DNA of 62,963 nt, the filler included, from Octopus bimaculoides (taxonomy: Eukaryota), in the NCBI RefSeq assembly GCF_001194135.2. It is 9 parts of 8 records of this genome, joined end to end, with 100 filler letters (N's around TTAATTAATTAA, not from the genome) between each part and the next. Parts side by side here need not be neighbours in the genome. Positions count along the whole stretch, not along the records: positions 46,539 to 55,970 come from NC_068983.1; positions 56,071 to 60,242 come from NC_068985.1; positions 60,343 to 62,963 come from NC_068986.1; 6 more parts are not named here. One strand, 5' to 3'. Positions 48,306 to 60,629 of this stretch are shown piece by piece; positions within the stretch are counted from its first letter, which is position 1; every line of letters starts with the position of its first letter. A program made the translations under genes and the position numbers. Below the pieces are notes generated by a model. It saw only the letters and a program-made list of their open reading frames with translations. It was not told the DNA's origin and did not search any database.

Positions 48306-49878
48306 ACAAAAACATTGCAAATGAATAAAAAGAAAATCGTAATTAAAATGTCGATCTTATAGAGCTAGGTTTGATTACTCCAATAATTTGAACTCGAACA
48401 GACTACTTGTCGTTTCTTCAACAAGGTCGTTGGTTATAACTGTGAATTACATCCACCTACTATTCCTGTTATAAACTAGTGAACACGGTCGTTGAGCATA
48501 CTAACTATTGGCTATTGATACAGTCATTGAACTCAAAGATGTTTATCTGTGTCCAATCAGATTGAGACAATTGGGTGTGGTTGGTTAGGCGCTTATGACT
48601 TGGTATGGTTGATGGGATATTCAACCAGTTTGGTGACTACATTTTGGCAGTGGAGTTAAACAGAAATATATGCATACTAATAAAAAGATTGTGAAAGATA
48701 GAAAGAGAGAAAGAGAGAGAGAGAGAGAAATTATAATTTATTAATTGAACACAATTGATTTAAACACTTCCCTCTCCTCATACACATAGAAAATATGCTC
48801 ATACACATAAATAGAGAGAGAGGGGGTGGAGGAGAAATAGAGATAGTGAGAAAGACACACAGACAGACGTAGAGGAGAGAGAGAAAGAGAGGTTTCTCTT
48901 CTATTTGAAGTGGTCAGTCCACTGAAATTTCATTCCAAAGCATTTTTCTTTTTTCTTCTTTCTTTTTTCTCCCCATTGTATACCTATCAATATATTTGTA
49001 AATTTGTAAATGAACACATTTTCTCACAAGGACTGGTGACCTTTCAAGATGTCAGTTTTCAGAAGTAGGATGGAAAAGATAAGAAAAGAGGGGAGGGTGA
49101 AGTCATCACGTATTCCTTTACACTTGTATAGTCAAGTTCCATATTCTGTGTAATTCCACGTTTGCACGAACAAACATTAAATGTTGGTTCAACATTCATA
49201 ACTTAGTTAAATATAGTCAGAATACAAAAAAATAGAAATATTACATTTCTAAATCTCTCAGATTTATACAGTAGTAACATGGTAAAGTGGTGGTATGCTG
49301 TCAACTTAATGTGACAGTCCAATGAAAGGGAATAATACTACTACTATTTAGCCCTAGGAAGCAGCACCGCTTCCTGTCGGCTTTGACACATTTCCTGTGT
49401 CCTTATGTTTACAAAAAAAAAATAATAATAATTCAATCTGTTCTCTATGTACATTTAATCAAACATCATAAATGAGTTTTGTATTAATATGTATATTGTA
49501 TGAAAGCTGGAAGCCACTCAGTAGGATATAAACTACTTAATAAATTATATAATTAAACTTGGTGGCATACGTAATAAAATTATTTGGAAAGAAACATTTA
49601 CCCTTTCACCGTTGTTTGAAATCATTGATTTATGAGTTGTATCAAGTTGTAAACTATTTCTTATCTAAGACATGCCAAAAGGACTAGATTTCCAAACACA
49701 AATCGACACCTTATCTTGATAATATTATCAATCCACCCCATTGTTATGACCTTTCTTCCACCCCTATCTTAATCGCCATTATAACATTTCAGAATAATAT
49801 TAAATGGATTATGTCATCATGCTGTTTCAACTTCCTAATATACGTCGGTCTGAAAGTTCATAGATAAACGAGCTCTTT

Positions 49879-50264
49879 TGTGGAGGCGCAATGGCCCAGT
49901 GGTTAGGGCAGTGGACTCGTGGTCATAGGATCACGGTCTCGATTCCCAGACCGGGCGTTGTGAGTGTTTATTGAGCGAAAACACCTAAAGCTCCACGAGG
50001 CTCCGGCAGGGGATGGTGGTGAACCCTGCTGTACTCTTCCACCACAACTTTCTCTCACTCTTACTTCCTGTTTCTGTTGTGCCTGTAATTCAAAGGGTCA
50101 GCCTTGTCACACTGTGTTACACTGAATATCCCCGAGAACTACGTTAAGGGTACACGTGTCTGTGGAGTGCTCAGCCACTTGCACGTTAATTTCACGAGCA
50201 GGCTGTTCCGTTGATCGGATCAACTGGAACCCTCGACGTCGTAAGTGACGGAGTGCCAACAAAC
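49879..50264 (+). mobile_element. SINE family B, full length, 14-bp TSD
   Basis: TSD TAAACGAGCTCTTT at 49865-49878 and 50265-50278; A/B boxes; CAA tail. Confidence 0.96.
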
Positions 50265-50402
50265 TAAACGAGCTCTTTCATTCTGTACATTAAATGTAAA
50301 GAATAGCAGAGGCTCAGCAGTAGCTATTCAAACGATTGCCAGGGTTACCAAATGTTATCACAATTCCTTTTCTCATAAAAAGATCCCCATGAATCTTTTA
50401 TG

Positions 50403-50975
50403 TTTTATTCTTTAACATTTGCGCCTGTCATTCGACTGCCGGTACCAACTTGGAGAGGTTTTGAGTTGAACGAATTGTTCCTAATACTTTTTTTTAAAAC
50501 TCGGTACTTATTCTATCGGTCTCTTTTGCCAAACTGCTAAGTTACGGAATGTAAATGCACCAGCACTGATTGTCAAGTGATGGTGGGACACGCACGCACG
50601 CATGCACGTACACACACACACACACACACATGCACACATATGTATATGACAGGCCTCTTTCAGTTTCCGTCTTTCAAATCTACTCACAAGACTTTGGCTG
50701 GCTCAAGACTTTAGTAGAAGACACTTCCTCAAAGTAGGACTGAACCCAGAACCAGTGGCATAACTGATAGGGGATCAACGGGATCGACCCACTCCGACTG
50801 AGCACATTTTTCAAAATTGACGCTTTTTATAAAATGTATAACCAATGAGTTAAAAATTTACGCCTTTTTTATGTGCCATGCTCCCCCAAACTTTAGAACC
50901 TAGCTACACCCCTGCCCAGAACCATGAGGTTGGGAAGCAAACTTCTAACCACACAGCTATGCCTGTGGCTATAAT
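50403..50975 (-). mobile_element. SINE family C interrupted by a hAT MITE
   Basis: Family C sequence resumes in register after the insert (TGAACCCAGAAC | CATGAGGTTGGGAAGCAA). Confidence 0.85.
50753..50914. mobile_element. hAT (Tip100-like) MITE, 162 bp
   Basis: Imperfect TIRs CAGTGGCATAACT / AGCTACACCCCTG; perfect 8-bp TSD CCCAGAAC at 50745-52 and 50915-22. Confidence 0.9.
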
Positions 50976-51534
50976 CAATAATTTTTAAAGACTCCTGACA
51001 ACATTCCACTAACTCCACAAATACTGCCCCTCAATTTGTTTCGGTTTGTTTCCATATATAATATATTGTTATCAATATAAAAACTGTATCATTGATAACA
51101 AACTTTGGTTTCCCTAACTATCGATCCCACCAACACAGCCCAAGTAAAACAAATACGTTAGAAAACTTCACCTACCCTTCTTTGGCTAGATATTGATCAT
51201 TATGGGAAATGTGACAGAAAGTGCAAAACAAATAAGGTGTTGGCAAACACCCTGCTACAACTATCTACTGCTGCCTGGAAGACAAAGTATGTCAGGTGAC
51301 ATATTCTGTTATCGCTAAACACACTAAGGCAGAGCTATAAAAAGAAATGACGAACGCATTTTGAACTTAGTAATCAAAGATATAGAAACCATTACAGCTG
51401 CTCGAGTCTACACGTGGACAAAAGTGTTGAACCATTCACTGATTGCGGTGTGGCTGAAATGCACGGCCCTCGAATACTATGATATATAAATACAGTTAAT
51501 AGCTATTTCTCATCGTATAGTACTATATAACTGG

Positions 51535-51733
51535 TTTCAAATTTTGACAGAAGGCCACGATGTTCAGGAAAGGGTGCAAGTCGATTACATCGACTCCAGG
51601 GCTCAACTGGTACTTAATTTATTGACCCCAAAAGGATGAAATGCAAAGTCGACCTCGACGGAATATGAACTCAGAATGCAGACACGCTCAGCGTTTTGCC
51701 TGACACGACGACTATTCTGTCAGCTCACCGCTT
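51535..51733 (-). mobile_element. SINE family A, tail variant 2
   Basis: Core AAAGTCGACCTCG..GGAATATGAACTCAGAA on + strand; tail TTTCAAATTTTG..AAGGCC. Confidence 0.85.
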
Positions 51734-52299
51734 CTAATTGATGAGTGTTTTTTAAATACAATCTTGACTGTAAATGTGCCTATGAATGGCGTGGGGGAGG
51801 GGGCAGGCGGACTTCAGTAGAGCCACTGATTGTGCAATTTGACGAAACTGGATCTTTTATTACGACACTCTTGCTAGCTAATGGACAATAAGATTCACAA
51901 ACAATAAGGAAATTTCTTACAGTATTTACATATGGTGAGAAATGGCTAAGTAATCCACTGAATTGAATGGGAATTTCAGGTGATAAAAGGAAAAGAAAAT
52001 AATTTACTAATAACACAAAACAAGTTAAAGAAGGAAGAAAAAAAATAACAATACCGTTTAGAGCTTTAGTATTGGTGCACATTATCAACTTGTACCTGTT
52101 TTGCAACAAGGGTTTGAGTATTTATTATTAGATTGGAAAGGAAGTCTCGTTGCATTTATGACATTATATAACTTTGAAGGTACTTTTTCAGTACTTACAC
52201 TAAAATAAACATTAATTTTTACATTCTATTGTTCCCCCCCCCCCCGCCTTTCTTTGCAGATTACTTTTCACCATTGTGGTTAAATTCATATCGATTTTC

Positions 52300-53290
52300 A
52301 ACCCTTTTAAAATAAGTTCAGACCAGGCTTGTAACAGACATTACATGCTTCAAAAAGGAGTTCTTCAGCAATCGAAGTGGCAAGAAACATTTGTTCTGTC
52401 TACTGGAATGAAACTTTGGCTTCAACTTTGGATCATTTTCACTCGGGAAATTTTTCTCTCGCAGATTCCACTCAATTTGGACGACCAAGTCCTGTCAATA
52501 TTGAACTTCGGTAAACTTTAGTTGAAGAAAATTCATAGCAAACTCCATAAGAATTACTAAAACAGTTCCATTCCTGTCACACTTCGATCGTAAAATATTT
52601 TCAAGAAATATGGAGTGACTAAACTTGGTCAGAGGGTCCCTCATTATTTCACTGCTTCTCATTTTAATCAAAGAGTTGCCCTCTGCTCCTCATTAAAGAA
52701 TATACTTGTTACCAAACCTTACCTGCGTAGGATTTTCACAAGTTATGAAAAGTGGGATCTCAGTAATCGCATCCATCGTAAACAACATGGGTTTATCACC
52801 CAATTAAAAAGGAGAATCCATTTTCAAGCAAGGATTACACCCTGATAAAGTTATGCTTTCAGTTTGATGGGACATGAAGGCTGTTGTCTATCATAAAGTG
52901 TTTAACTGAAACAAAGCAGTTGATGCAGGGAAGTATTTGTTGTCCGTTGGAATCATTGCAGAAAAAGCGCCCATCATTGGTCAGTTGCAAAGAGGTGTTG
53001 CTCTTATACGATAATGTAAGATCACATATTGCCCAAGTTATTCAAGAAACGATTATAGAACTATATGGAAGGTTTGTCTCATCCCTTTTACTCTCCTGGC
53101 CTTGCTCATCTTTTCGGATCACAGTAATCTAGAGGGAAAACAGTTTAATAATTGTGAAGAGGTTAAAAATGATATCGAGTGTTTCTTTGCTATGAAACCA
53201 GAAGAATTTTACACTCACAAGACTATATTCTATAATGTATTTGCAATGCCAAGACTGGTAACCAACATTTAAGACACTAGACTTGTTTAC
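52300..53290 (+). mobile_element. Mariner transposase remnant (Hsmar1-like motifs)
   Basis: FGRPS, KLGQRVPHYF (W/VPH motif), IFTSYEKW (degenerate VT.DEKW), LHPDKVML, LLLYDNVRSH; stops and frameshifts throughout. Confidence 0.85.
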
Positions 53291-53779
53291 TGAAGAAATA
53301 TGCTTCATCTTTTGTTGACCACTGGAAGACTGGTGGAAAAAAGGAGAGAAAGAGTAAGAGAGTCGACCTCTCCAGCCTGACAAGTAGATAGGGTGAATGT
53401 TGTACTGTTGTGCAATGATAATCCATAAGTGAAGAGAAAAATTAGACGCTCTACAGCTCAGTGCAAATGACCAAAGACAAAGAACCGATTTGGAGTTCCA
53501 TATCTGTATTTTTTCTGACTAAATTAGGTTAGGCTAAACAAAGAATTTTCCATCTCTTATCTGCCAAAACTCCCCTTTAATCTAATAATGCTAGCTTAAA
53601 CAATAGAACTTATCTCAGTAGTTTACTGGTTTACTCTCTGGAGTGCAAAAGCTGAGTACAATAGGAAAGGAACTGGTAGAAAAATATTGACTTGGTTTCG
53701 AAACTTGGTTTAGAATCAAGGGAACTATTCATTACAGATGCGTTAATGCTCACATTAGCGACACTCATTATGTTTAGTG

Positions 53780-54176
53780 TTTATTACTCTTTTACTCGTT
53801 TCAGTCATTTGACTGCAGCCATGCTGGAGCACCGCCTTTAGTTGAACAAATCAACCCCAGGACTTATTCTTTGTAAGCCTAGTACTTATTCTATTGGTCA
53901 CTTTTGCCAAACCGCTAAGTTACGGGGACATAAACACACCAGCATCAGTTGCCAAGTGATGTTGGCGGGGGGACAAACACAAACAAATAAACACACACAC
54001 ACATATATATATATACATTTATATGACAGGCTTCTTTCAGTTTCTGCCTACCAAATCCACTCACATGGCTTTGGTCGGCCCGAGGCTAAAGTAGAAGACA
54101 CTTCCCCAAGGTGTCACACAGCGGGACTGAACCCAGAACCATGTGGCTGGTAAGCAATCTACTTACCACACAGCCA
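53780..54176 (-). mobile_element. SINE family C, full length
   Basis: Colinear with 3886-4359; shorter internal (CA)(TA) tract. Confidence 0.92.
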
Positions 54177-55056
54177 ATGAAAAACATTAAACATAATTTT
54201 TTCTAAATTATGTAAAAGATCACCAATTATTAGAGAGGATAGATTTAGTGGATTACATAAACCTCCAGGACTTGAGAGCAACTTATCAATCCTGAAAGGA
54301 TGGAAAGCTGATTGTTTTGTCCCCAACGCTCAAAAGGTTCCACCATCTTGCCATCTCATAAATTCTAAACTTAATATCCACCAATTTTAACCCAAATTTT
54401 AAAAGTGTGTCAGAATCAGATGTGATAACAATTTTATGGTAATTCAATCAGATTTACTTTATATTATTCTGATAATTATCAACCAACAAACAAATATCCG
54501 TCTTGCAAACTCCATCTTGGTACGGTCTTCTTGACAACAGCAGACTACAATTAGTCTTTGTTCCAATGGTAATGAATATCAGTATGCATGCTTCACTCTC
54601 TCCCCTTCTCTCTCCCAACCCTCTCTCTATGTCGATACTCTCTCACTCCCCCTCTCTCTGTGCCATCATATACTCACTATATGTCAATATATTCTCGATG
54701 TACATCAGCATATTGACACAACTGACCGAATTTCATTTGAGAGATTTAATATGAACTTGCATGTAGGTATATGCGTGTGTTTGTGTGTATGTATGAATGA
54801 ATGGGTGGATGTACGTATGTATGTATGATTATACGTGTATGTATGGATATGCGTGTATGTGTGTGAGTGTGTTATTATTTAAAACAAACAGTAGAAGGTT
54901 GTCATTATAGTACTCGGAGTTTCAAATGTTGGTGCGAAGAGCTACAATACATTCTTGCCGCCTATTAATGGCAACAAACGCTATGAAAAACCATTGAATA
55001 TTATATAAATAAGCCTCTGTTTATCTAATATCAAGGTCTCATTCTTTTGTTGTTAC

Positions 55057-55108
<52 letters not shown>

Positions 55109-55474
55109 CTTAATATATAAAATCTGCTCTGTCTGTTTGTGCGCTTATAACTTGGGTATTGTTCATCCGATTTTGCTGCAATTTTAAACATGGACACATG
55201 AGAGAGAGAGGGGCATTCCGTAATCTAAAAAGATTTTCAAAATCGTTAGTTTCAAAGTGAGAATTGCTATTTTTGTAATCTTTAATGTCCTGTTTATTCC
55301 GCCATTAAAACAACCAGTTGCTCACACAGCCGGCACATACCATTTTGCTAGCAACAAGGGGAGTACATGATGCTGTCTCTCGTTATGCTGTCTCTCTTTT
55401 TTCTCTCTCTGTGGGGTTAATAATCTTAATCTTTAGTTACAGTTCTTCATTCAAACAACATAACAGGCAGAATT

Positions 55475-55560
55475 GTCGGATTAAGACAGTAGGGTGTTTT
55501 GAGGGAGATTTGGCAGCTATTTCTACCAGGTCTAGCTACCATGTAGAGGTCTACCTCATT
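55475..55560 (+). mobile_element. Family D repeat fragment
   Basis: GAGGGAGATTTGGCAGCTATTTCTACCAGGTCTAGCTACCATGTAGAGG; related pieces at about 6690 (-), 47200 and 62770. Confidence 0.55.
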
Positions 55561-55692
55561 GATATTATATATTCCTTATGCTTTCCAAAACAGATTTTGA
55601 CATATGGAGTATCAGAAGATTCAGTACTATTTTGGCTACAAATTAAACTTAATTTCCATTCACATATTTGCATTTTGAATAATCTTTTCCAT

Positions 55693-55694
<2 letters not shown>

Positions 55695-55727
<33 letters not shown>

Positions 55728-55970
55728 GTTTAACGTCCGCTTTCCATGCTAGCATGGGTTGGACGATTTGACTGAGGACTGGTGAAACCGGATGGCAACA
55801 CCAGGCTCCAGTCTGATTTGGCACAGTTTCTACAGCTGGATGCCCTTCCTAACGCCAACCACTCAGAGAGTGTAGTGGGTGCTTTTACGTGTCACCCGCA
55901 CGAAAACGGCCACGCTCGAAATGGTGTCTTTTATGTGCCACCCACATAAGCCAGTCCCGGGGCACTGGCA
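55695..55970 (-). mobile_element. Family G retroposon 3' end (RTE-type tail) with (GAT)n
   Basis: Minus strand TGGCGTTAGGAAGGGCATCCAGCTGTAGAAAC...AGCGGACGTTAAACGATGATGAT. Confidence 0.75.
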
Positions 55971-57213
55971 NNNNNNNNNNNNNNNNNNNNNNNNNNNNNN
56001 NNNNNNNNNNNNNNTTAATTAATTAANNNNNNNNNNNNNNNNNNNNNNNNNNNNNNNNNNNNNNNNNNNNATATATATATATATATATATACACGCAGAC
56101 CACATATTTAAACACAACTCTCTAACACTGATAAATAAACATAATGAAGCAATAAGCACATGCAACCACCGCTTTTTTCACACACTCAAATTCTACCACA
56201 AATCCAATTGCCTAAATGACCATACAGTATATTTCCATAATACCCCTTAGGTAATCCCAATAACCTAATCCCTATTTAATTCCTCTTTGATACTTGAATA
56301 TCACAATCGTTTAATTGTATTTGTATGTATATGCGTGCGTGCGTATGTAGGTGTATGAGCGTATGTAGGTGTATGAGCGTATGTATGTGTGTGTATGTGT
56401 GTGTATGTGTATGTATGTATGCAAGCTATATATACCAAGGTGAGCAGGGATGATAATACATACAGATACACGTATATATGGGTGTGCGTATGTACATATG
56501 CATATGAGTACGTGTTGTATGTGTAGGTGTTGATGTGCATAAATATCTATATACATGTTTAATATATGCATGTGTATACATCTTCAGATATTTATATTCC
56601 TCTACTACTAAGTATCGACCTGTCTTCTAAGTAACTTAACCTATATTCCAAAATTCTTCATTCCACCATTTTACTACCCAAAGCTCCCTCTCTCTGCCCC
56701 TCAATTAGGCTCTATCACTACATACCTGACACTCCTTTACTATTTACCCTCTCATCTTTTTACACGATCATATCTTTCTCTCTCTATCACCCTCACCTCC
56801 ACATTCCTTCTATCAATTTATCCTGACTGACCACTAACCACTTTTCCTCTCTTCATTTCTCTATTATCTCTCTCCCCGCCTTTCTTTTTTCTTCTTTCCT
56901 TTCTTTTATTTTCCTCTCTTCCTGCTTTTGATGTTACTTTACAAACACATTCCCAACTTTTAAGTCACTTCAAAAAAAAAATACCTTCGATTGAATAACA
57001 CCGTTTACAAACTCTGTACTTGGAATGACCAATTTTAAATACTATTGGAACTTAATCACAAGGTACAGGAATCTTATATGCACACCATTCTGCCTAAATA
57101 ATGCAACTGAAGATACAATATCCCTGCATATCTCACGTCTATTTTCATTCTTCCACTTCACTCTCTATTTCGTATTTAACCTAGAATAACTATTGCTTAA
57201 CCTCCTTCTCATA

Positions 57214-57264
57214 CCGTCTCCGATGAAGGGATATATAAAATATCTCGGAAACAACCATAAGACC
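57214..57264 (+). ncRNA. Degenerate type I hammerhead-like motif upstream of a Penelope-like ORF
   Basis: GTCT CCGATGA A GGGATAT-ATAAA-ATATCTC G GAAA CAACCATA AGAC; U4 replaced by C, stem III decayed, stems I and II intact. Confidence 0.45.
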
Positions 57265-57344
57265 TATTTATAAATGTGAAATCTTTCACGGCCTTGGATT
57301 TTTATCTCAATCTGTTAAATTTTATATATATACATATATATACA

Positions 57345-57421
<77 letters not shown>

Positions 57422-57954
57422 GTGTACATTTGTATATATATACATTTGTGTACATACGTATATATATNNNNNNNNNNNNNNNNNNNNNNNNNNNNNNNNN
57501 NNNNNNNNNNNNNNNNNNNNNNNNNNNNNNNNNNNNNNNNNNNNNNNNNNNNNNNNNNNNNNNNNNNNNNNNNNNNNNNNNNNNNNNNNNNNNNNNNNNN
57601 NNNNNNNNNNNNNNNNNNNNNNNNNNNNNNNNNNNNNNNNNNNNNNNNNNNNNNNNNNNNNNNNNNNNNNNNNNNNNNNNNNNNNNNNNNNNNNNNNNNN
57701 NNNNNNNNNNNNNNNNNNNNNNNNNNNNNNNNNNNNNNNNNNNNNNNNNNNNNNNNNNNNNNNNNNNNNNNNNNNNNNNNNNNNNNNNNNNNNNNNNNNN
57801 NNNNNNNNNNNNNNNNNNNNNNNNNNNNNNNNNNNNNNNNNNNNNNNNNNNNNNNNNNNNNNNNNNNNNNNNNNNNNNNNNNNNNNNNNNNNNNNNNNNN
57901 NNNNNATATATATATATATATATATATATATATACTCATAAATGTATATATATA

Positions 57955-59685
57955 TAACTTTGATGTAGTTAACCTTTATTCAAACATTCCCCACACCTTA
58001 GGAATAGAAGCGATCACTTTCTGGCTAAACAACTACTCCTTTGAACTTCCAACTCGCATAAATAAAGAGCTTGTAATAGAAGGAATAAGATTTATATTAC
58101 AAAACAATTACTTCATATTTAATAATAATTACTACAGACAGTTATCGGAAACAGCCATGGGTACGCGTACTGCACCCTCTTTTGCTAACCTAGTAATGGG
58201 CTACATCGAAATAATTCTTTACCTGAAAACACTCGAAAAATATGGAAACTCTTTCTCCAACTATATCCAGAACAACTGGAAAAGATATCTCGACGACTGC
58301 TTCATCCTCTGGGATGAAAGCATAGAAAAACTTGAGGAATTTAAAATAATACTAAATGGAATTAATGAATACATCAAATTCACGATGGAACATAACCAGG
58401 AGAAACTACCATTTTTAGATATCCTCATTAAGAAAGTCGGCAACAAAATTGAGACCGATATCTATTATAAACCGACAGACTCTAAGCAGTACCAACCATT
58501 TGAATCATGCCACCCTAGGCACACGTGAATGAACATCCCTTTCTGTTTAGCCAAAAGGATTTGCACCATAGTATCAGACACAAACACCCGACACACACGC
58601 CTCCAGGAACTCAGAGTTACACTCAAAAATAGGAATTATCCACAACCCCTAATAGACAATACAATCCAACGAACACTTAAATTGAATATAGTAGACCTGT
58701 GACAACCAAAACCAAAAGGGATGAAAAATTAAAAACCCTACCCTACATCTCTACACACAACCCACTTAACAACGAGGCCTTCAACACCATACTCCAAAAC
58801 ACAGCCCTACTNNNNNNNNNNNNNNNNNNNNNNNNNNNNNNNNNNNNNNNNNNNNNNNNNNNNNNNNNNNNNNNNNNNNNNNNNNNNNNNNNNNNNNNNN
58901 NNNNNNNNNNNNNNNNNNNNNNNNNNNNNNNNNNNNNNNNNNNNNNNNNNNNNNNNNNNNNNNNNNNNNNNNNNNNNNNNNNNNNNNNNNNNNNNNNNNN
59001 NNNNNNNNNNNNNNNNNNNNNNNNNNNNNNNNNNNNNNNNNNNNNNNNNNNNNNNNNNNNNNNNNNNNNNNNNNNNNNNNNNNNNNNNNNNNNNNNNNNN
59101 NNNNNNNNNNNNNNNNNNNNNNNNNNNNNNNNNNNNNNNNNNNNNNNNNNNNNNNNNNNNNNNNNNNNNNNNNNNNNNNNNNNNNNNNNNNNNNNNNNNN
59201 NNNNNNNNNNNNNNNNNNNNNNNNNNNNNNNNNNNNNNNNNNNNNNNNNNNNNNNNNNNNNNNNNNNNNNNNNNNNNNNNNNNNNNNNNNNNNNNNNNNN
59301 NNNNNNNNNNNNNNNNNNNNNNNNNNNNNNNNNNNNNNNNNNNNNNNNNNNNNNNNNNNNNNNNNNNNNNNNNNNNNNNNNNNNNNNNNNNNNNNNNNNN
59401 NNNNNNNNNNNNNNNNNNNNNNNNNNNNNNNNNNNNNNNNNNNNNNNNNNNNNNNNNNNNNNNNNNNNNNNNNNNNNNNNNNNNNNNNNNNNNNNNNNNN
59501 NNNNNNNNNNNNNNNNNNNNNNNNNNNNNNNNNNNNNNNNNNNNNNNNNNNNNNNNNNNNNNNNNNNNNNNNNNNNNNNNNNNNNNNNNNNNNNNNNNNN
59601 NNNNNNNNNNNNNNNNNNNNNNNAAAACAAAGAGCTTCACTTTATTAGAAAATTTGGGCCAAGTTTAAACACCCTGGGCCAGTAA
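57955..59685 (+). mobile_element. Penelope-like element: RT and end of GIY-YIG domain across a gap
   Basis: FDVVNLYSNIPH, GTRTAPSFANLVMG, WKRYLDDCFILW, LPFLDILI, DIYYKPTDS; after the gap KELHFIRKFGPSLN. Confidence 0.92.
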
Positions 59686-59754
59686 CATTAAAATCATATA
59701 TTGGTTATCCAAAAGGAAAAAAAAATCCTACAACTCCACCACCACTGCCACGAT

Positions 59755-59851
59755 AACTACTACTACTGCAAACAGCGGTCCCTGCTACAACTACTACTAC
59801 TACTATGACCAACAGTCTCTACTACTGCAGCTATTACGGTCACTACTACTA

Positions 59852-59883
<32 letters not shown>

Positions 59884-60109
59884 ATTATGGTCACAACTAC
59901 TACTACTACGACCAACAGTCTCTGCTACTGCTGCTATTACGGTCACTACTACTATTGCTGCTTCGACCAACATTCACTGCTACTACTGCTATTACGGTCA
60001 CTACCACTACTACTACTACGACCAACAGTCTCTACTACTGCTGCTGCGACTGCTGCTGCGACTGCTGCTGCGACTGCTGCTGCGACTGCTGCTGCGACTG
60101 CTGCTGCGA

Positions 60110-60140
<31 letters not shown>

Positions 60141-60242
60141 TTCCTCCTCTACTACTACAACCAATTAATTACTGCTGCTTACACGGAAAAAGGTCACTCC
60201 CGCTTACCATTACCAAAACGGTCACTTCTACTACTACAGCCA
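59755..60242. repeat. Triplet-derived minisatellite (CTA/CTG runs with GACCAACAGTCTCT and TATTACGGTCAC cores) plus a 12-bp (GACTGCTGCTGC)n block
   Basis: About four copies of each core; about six 12-mers at 60047-60118. Confidence 0.9.
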
Positions 60243-60362
60243 NNNNNNNNNNNNNNNNNNNNNNNNNNNNNNNNNNNNNNNNNNNNTTAATTAATTAANN
60301 NNNNNNNNNNNNNNNNNNNNNNNNNNNNNNNNNNNNNNNNNNCATCAATTTCAGTGGGGAGG

Positions 60363-60626
60363 TGTTATATGGACTGTTAGATATGTAATTCGTCTGACGT
60401 TCCGTGTGTCATGTGGTTCGTCTGAGTTCATTGTTTCATTGTTGTTGTCTTGTGGGACTGTCGTAGTAAAATGTCATTGATATATATATGGCGGACATGA
60501 CTTTTGTTTATTCATAACGAACATTGGGTGAGTGCGTTCTTTGTATGTAATTGAACAATAAATGTAATAATTAAACTGTATAACTCGTTATGTTATCTCT
60601 ACGAGTCACCCGAGGGAAACATAACA
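60363..60626 (+). mobile_element. Ty3/gypsy 3' LTR (264 bp) preceded by a polypurine tract
   Basis: AGTGGGGAGG then TGTTATATGG...ACATAACA; colinear with but diverged from the 45655 LTR. Confidence 0.85.
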
Positions 60627-60629
60627 GTT

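Noticed and set aside
49028-49070. KRAB-like exon start (LVTFQDVS)
   Set aside because: In-frame stop after 11 codons, no rest of the domain, and KRAB zinc-finger genes are not expected in this lineage.
59790-60030. CRISPR-like repeat-spacer array
   Set aside because: Eukaryotic context, the spacers are CTA/CTG runs rather than unique sequence, and there are no cas genes.
45655-60626. The two LTRs as ends of one 15-kb provirus
   Set aside because: The LTRs are too diverged, flanks do not form a TSD (CAGGG vs GTTTG), and the interval holds unrelated older sequence.
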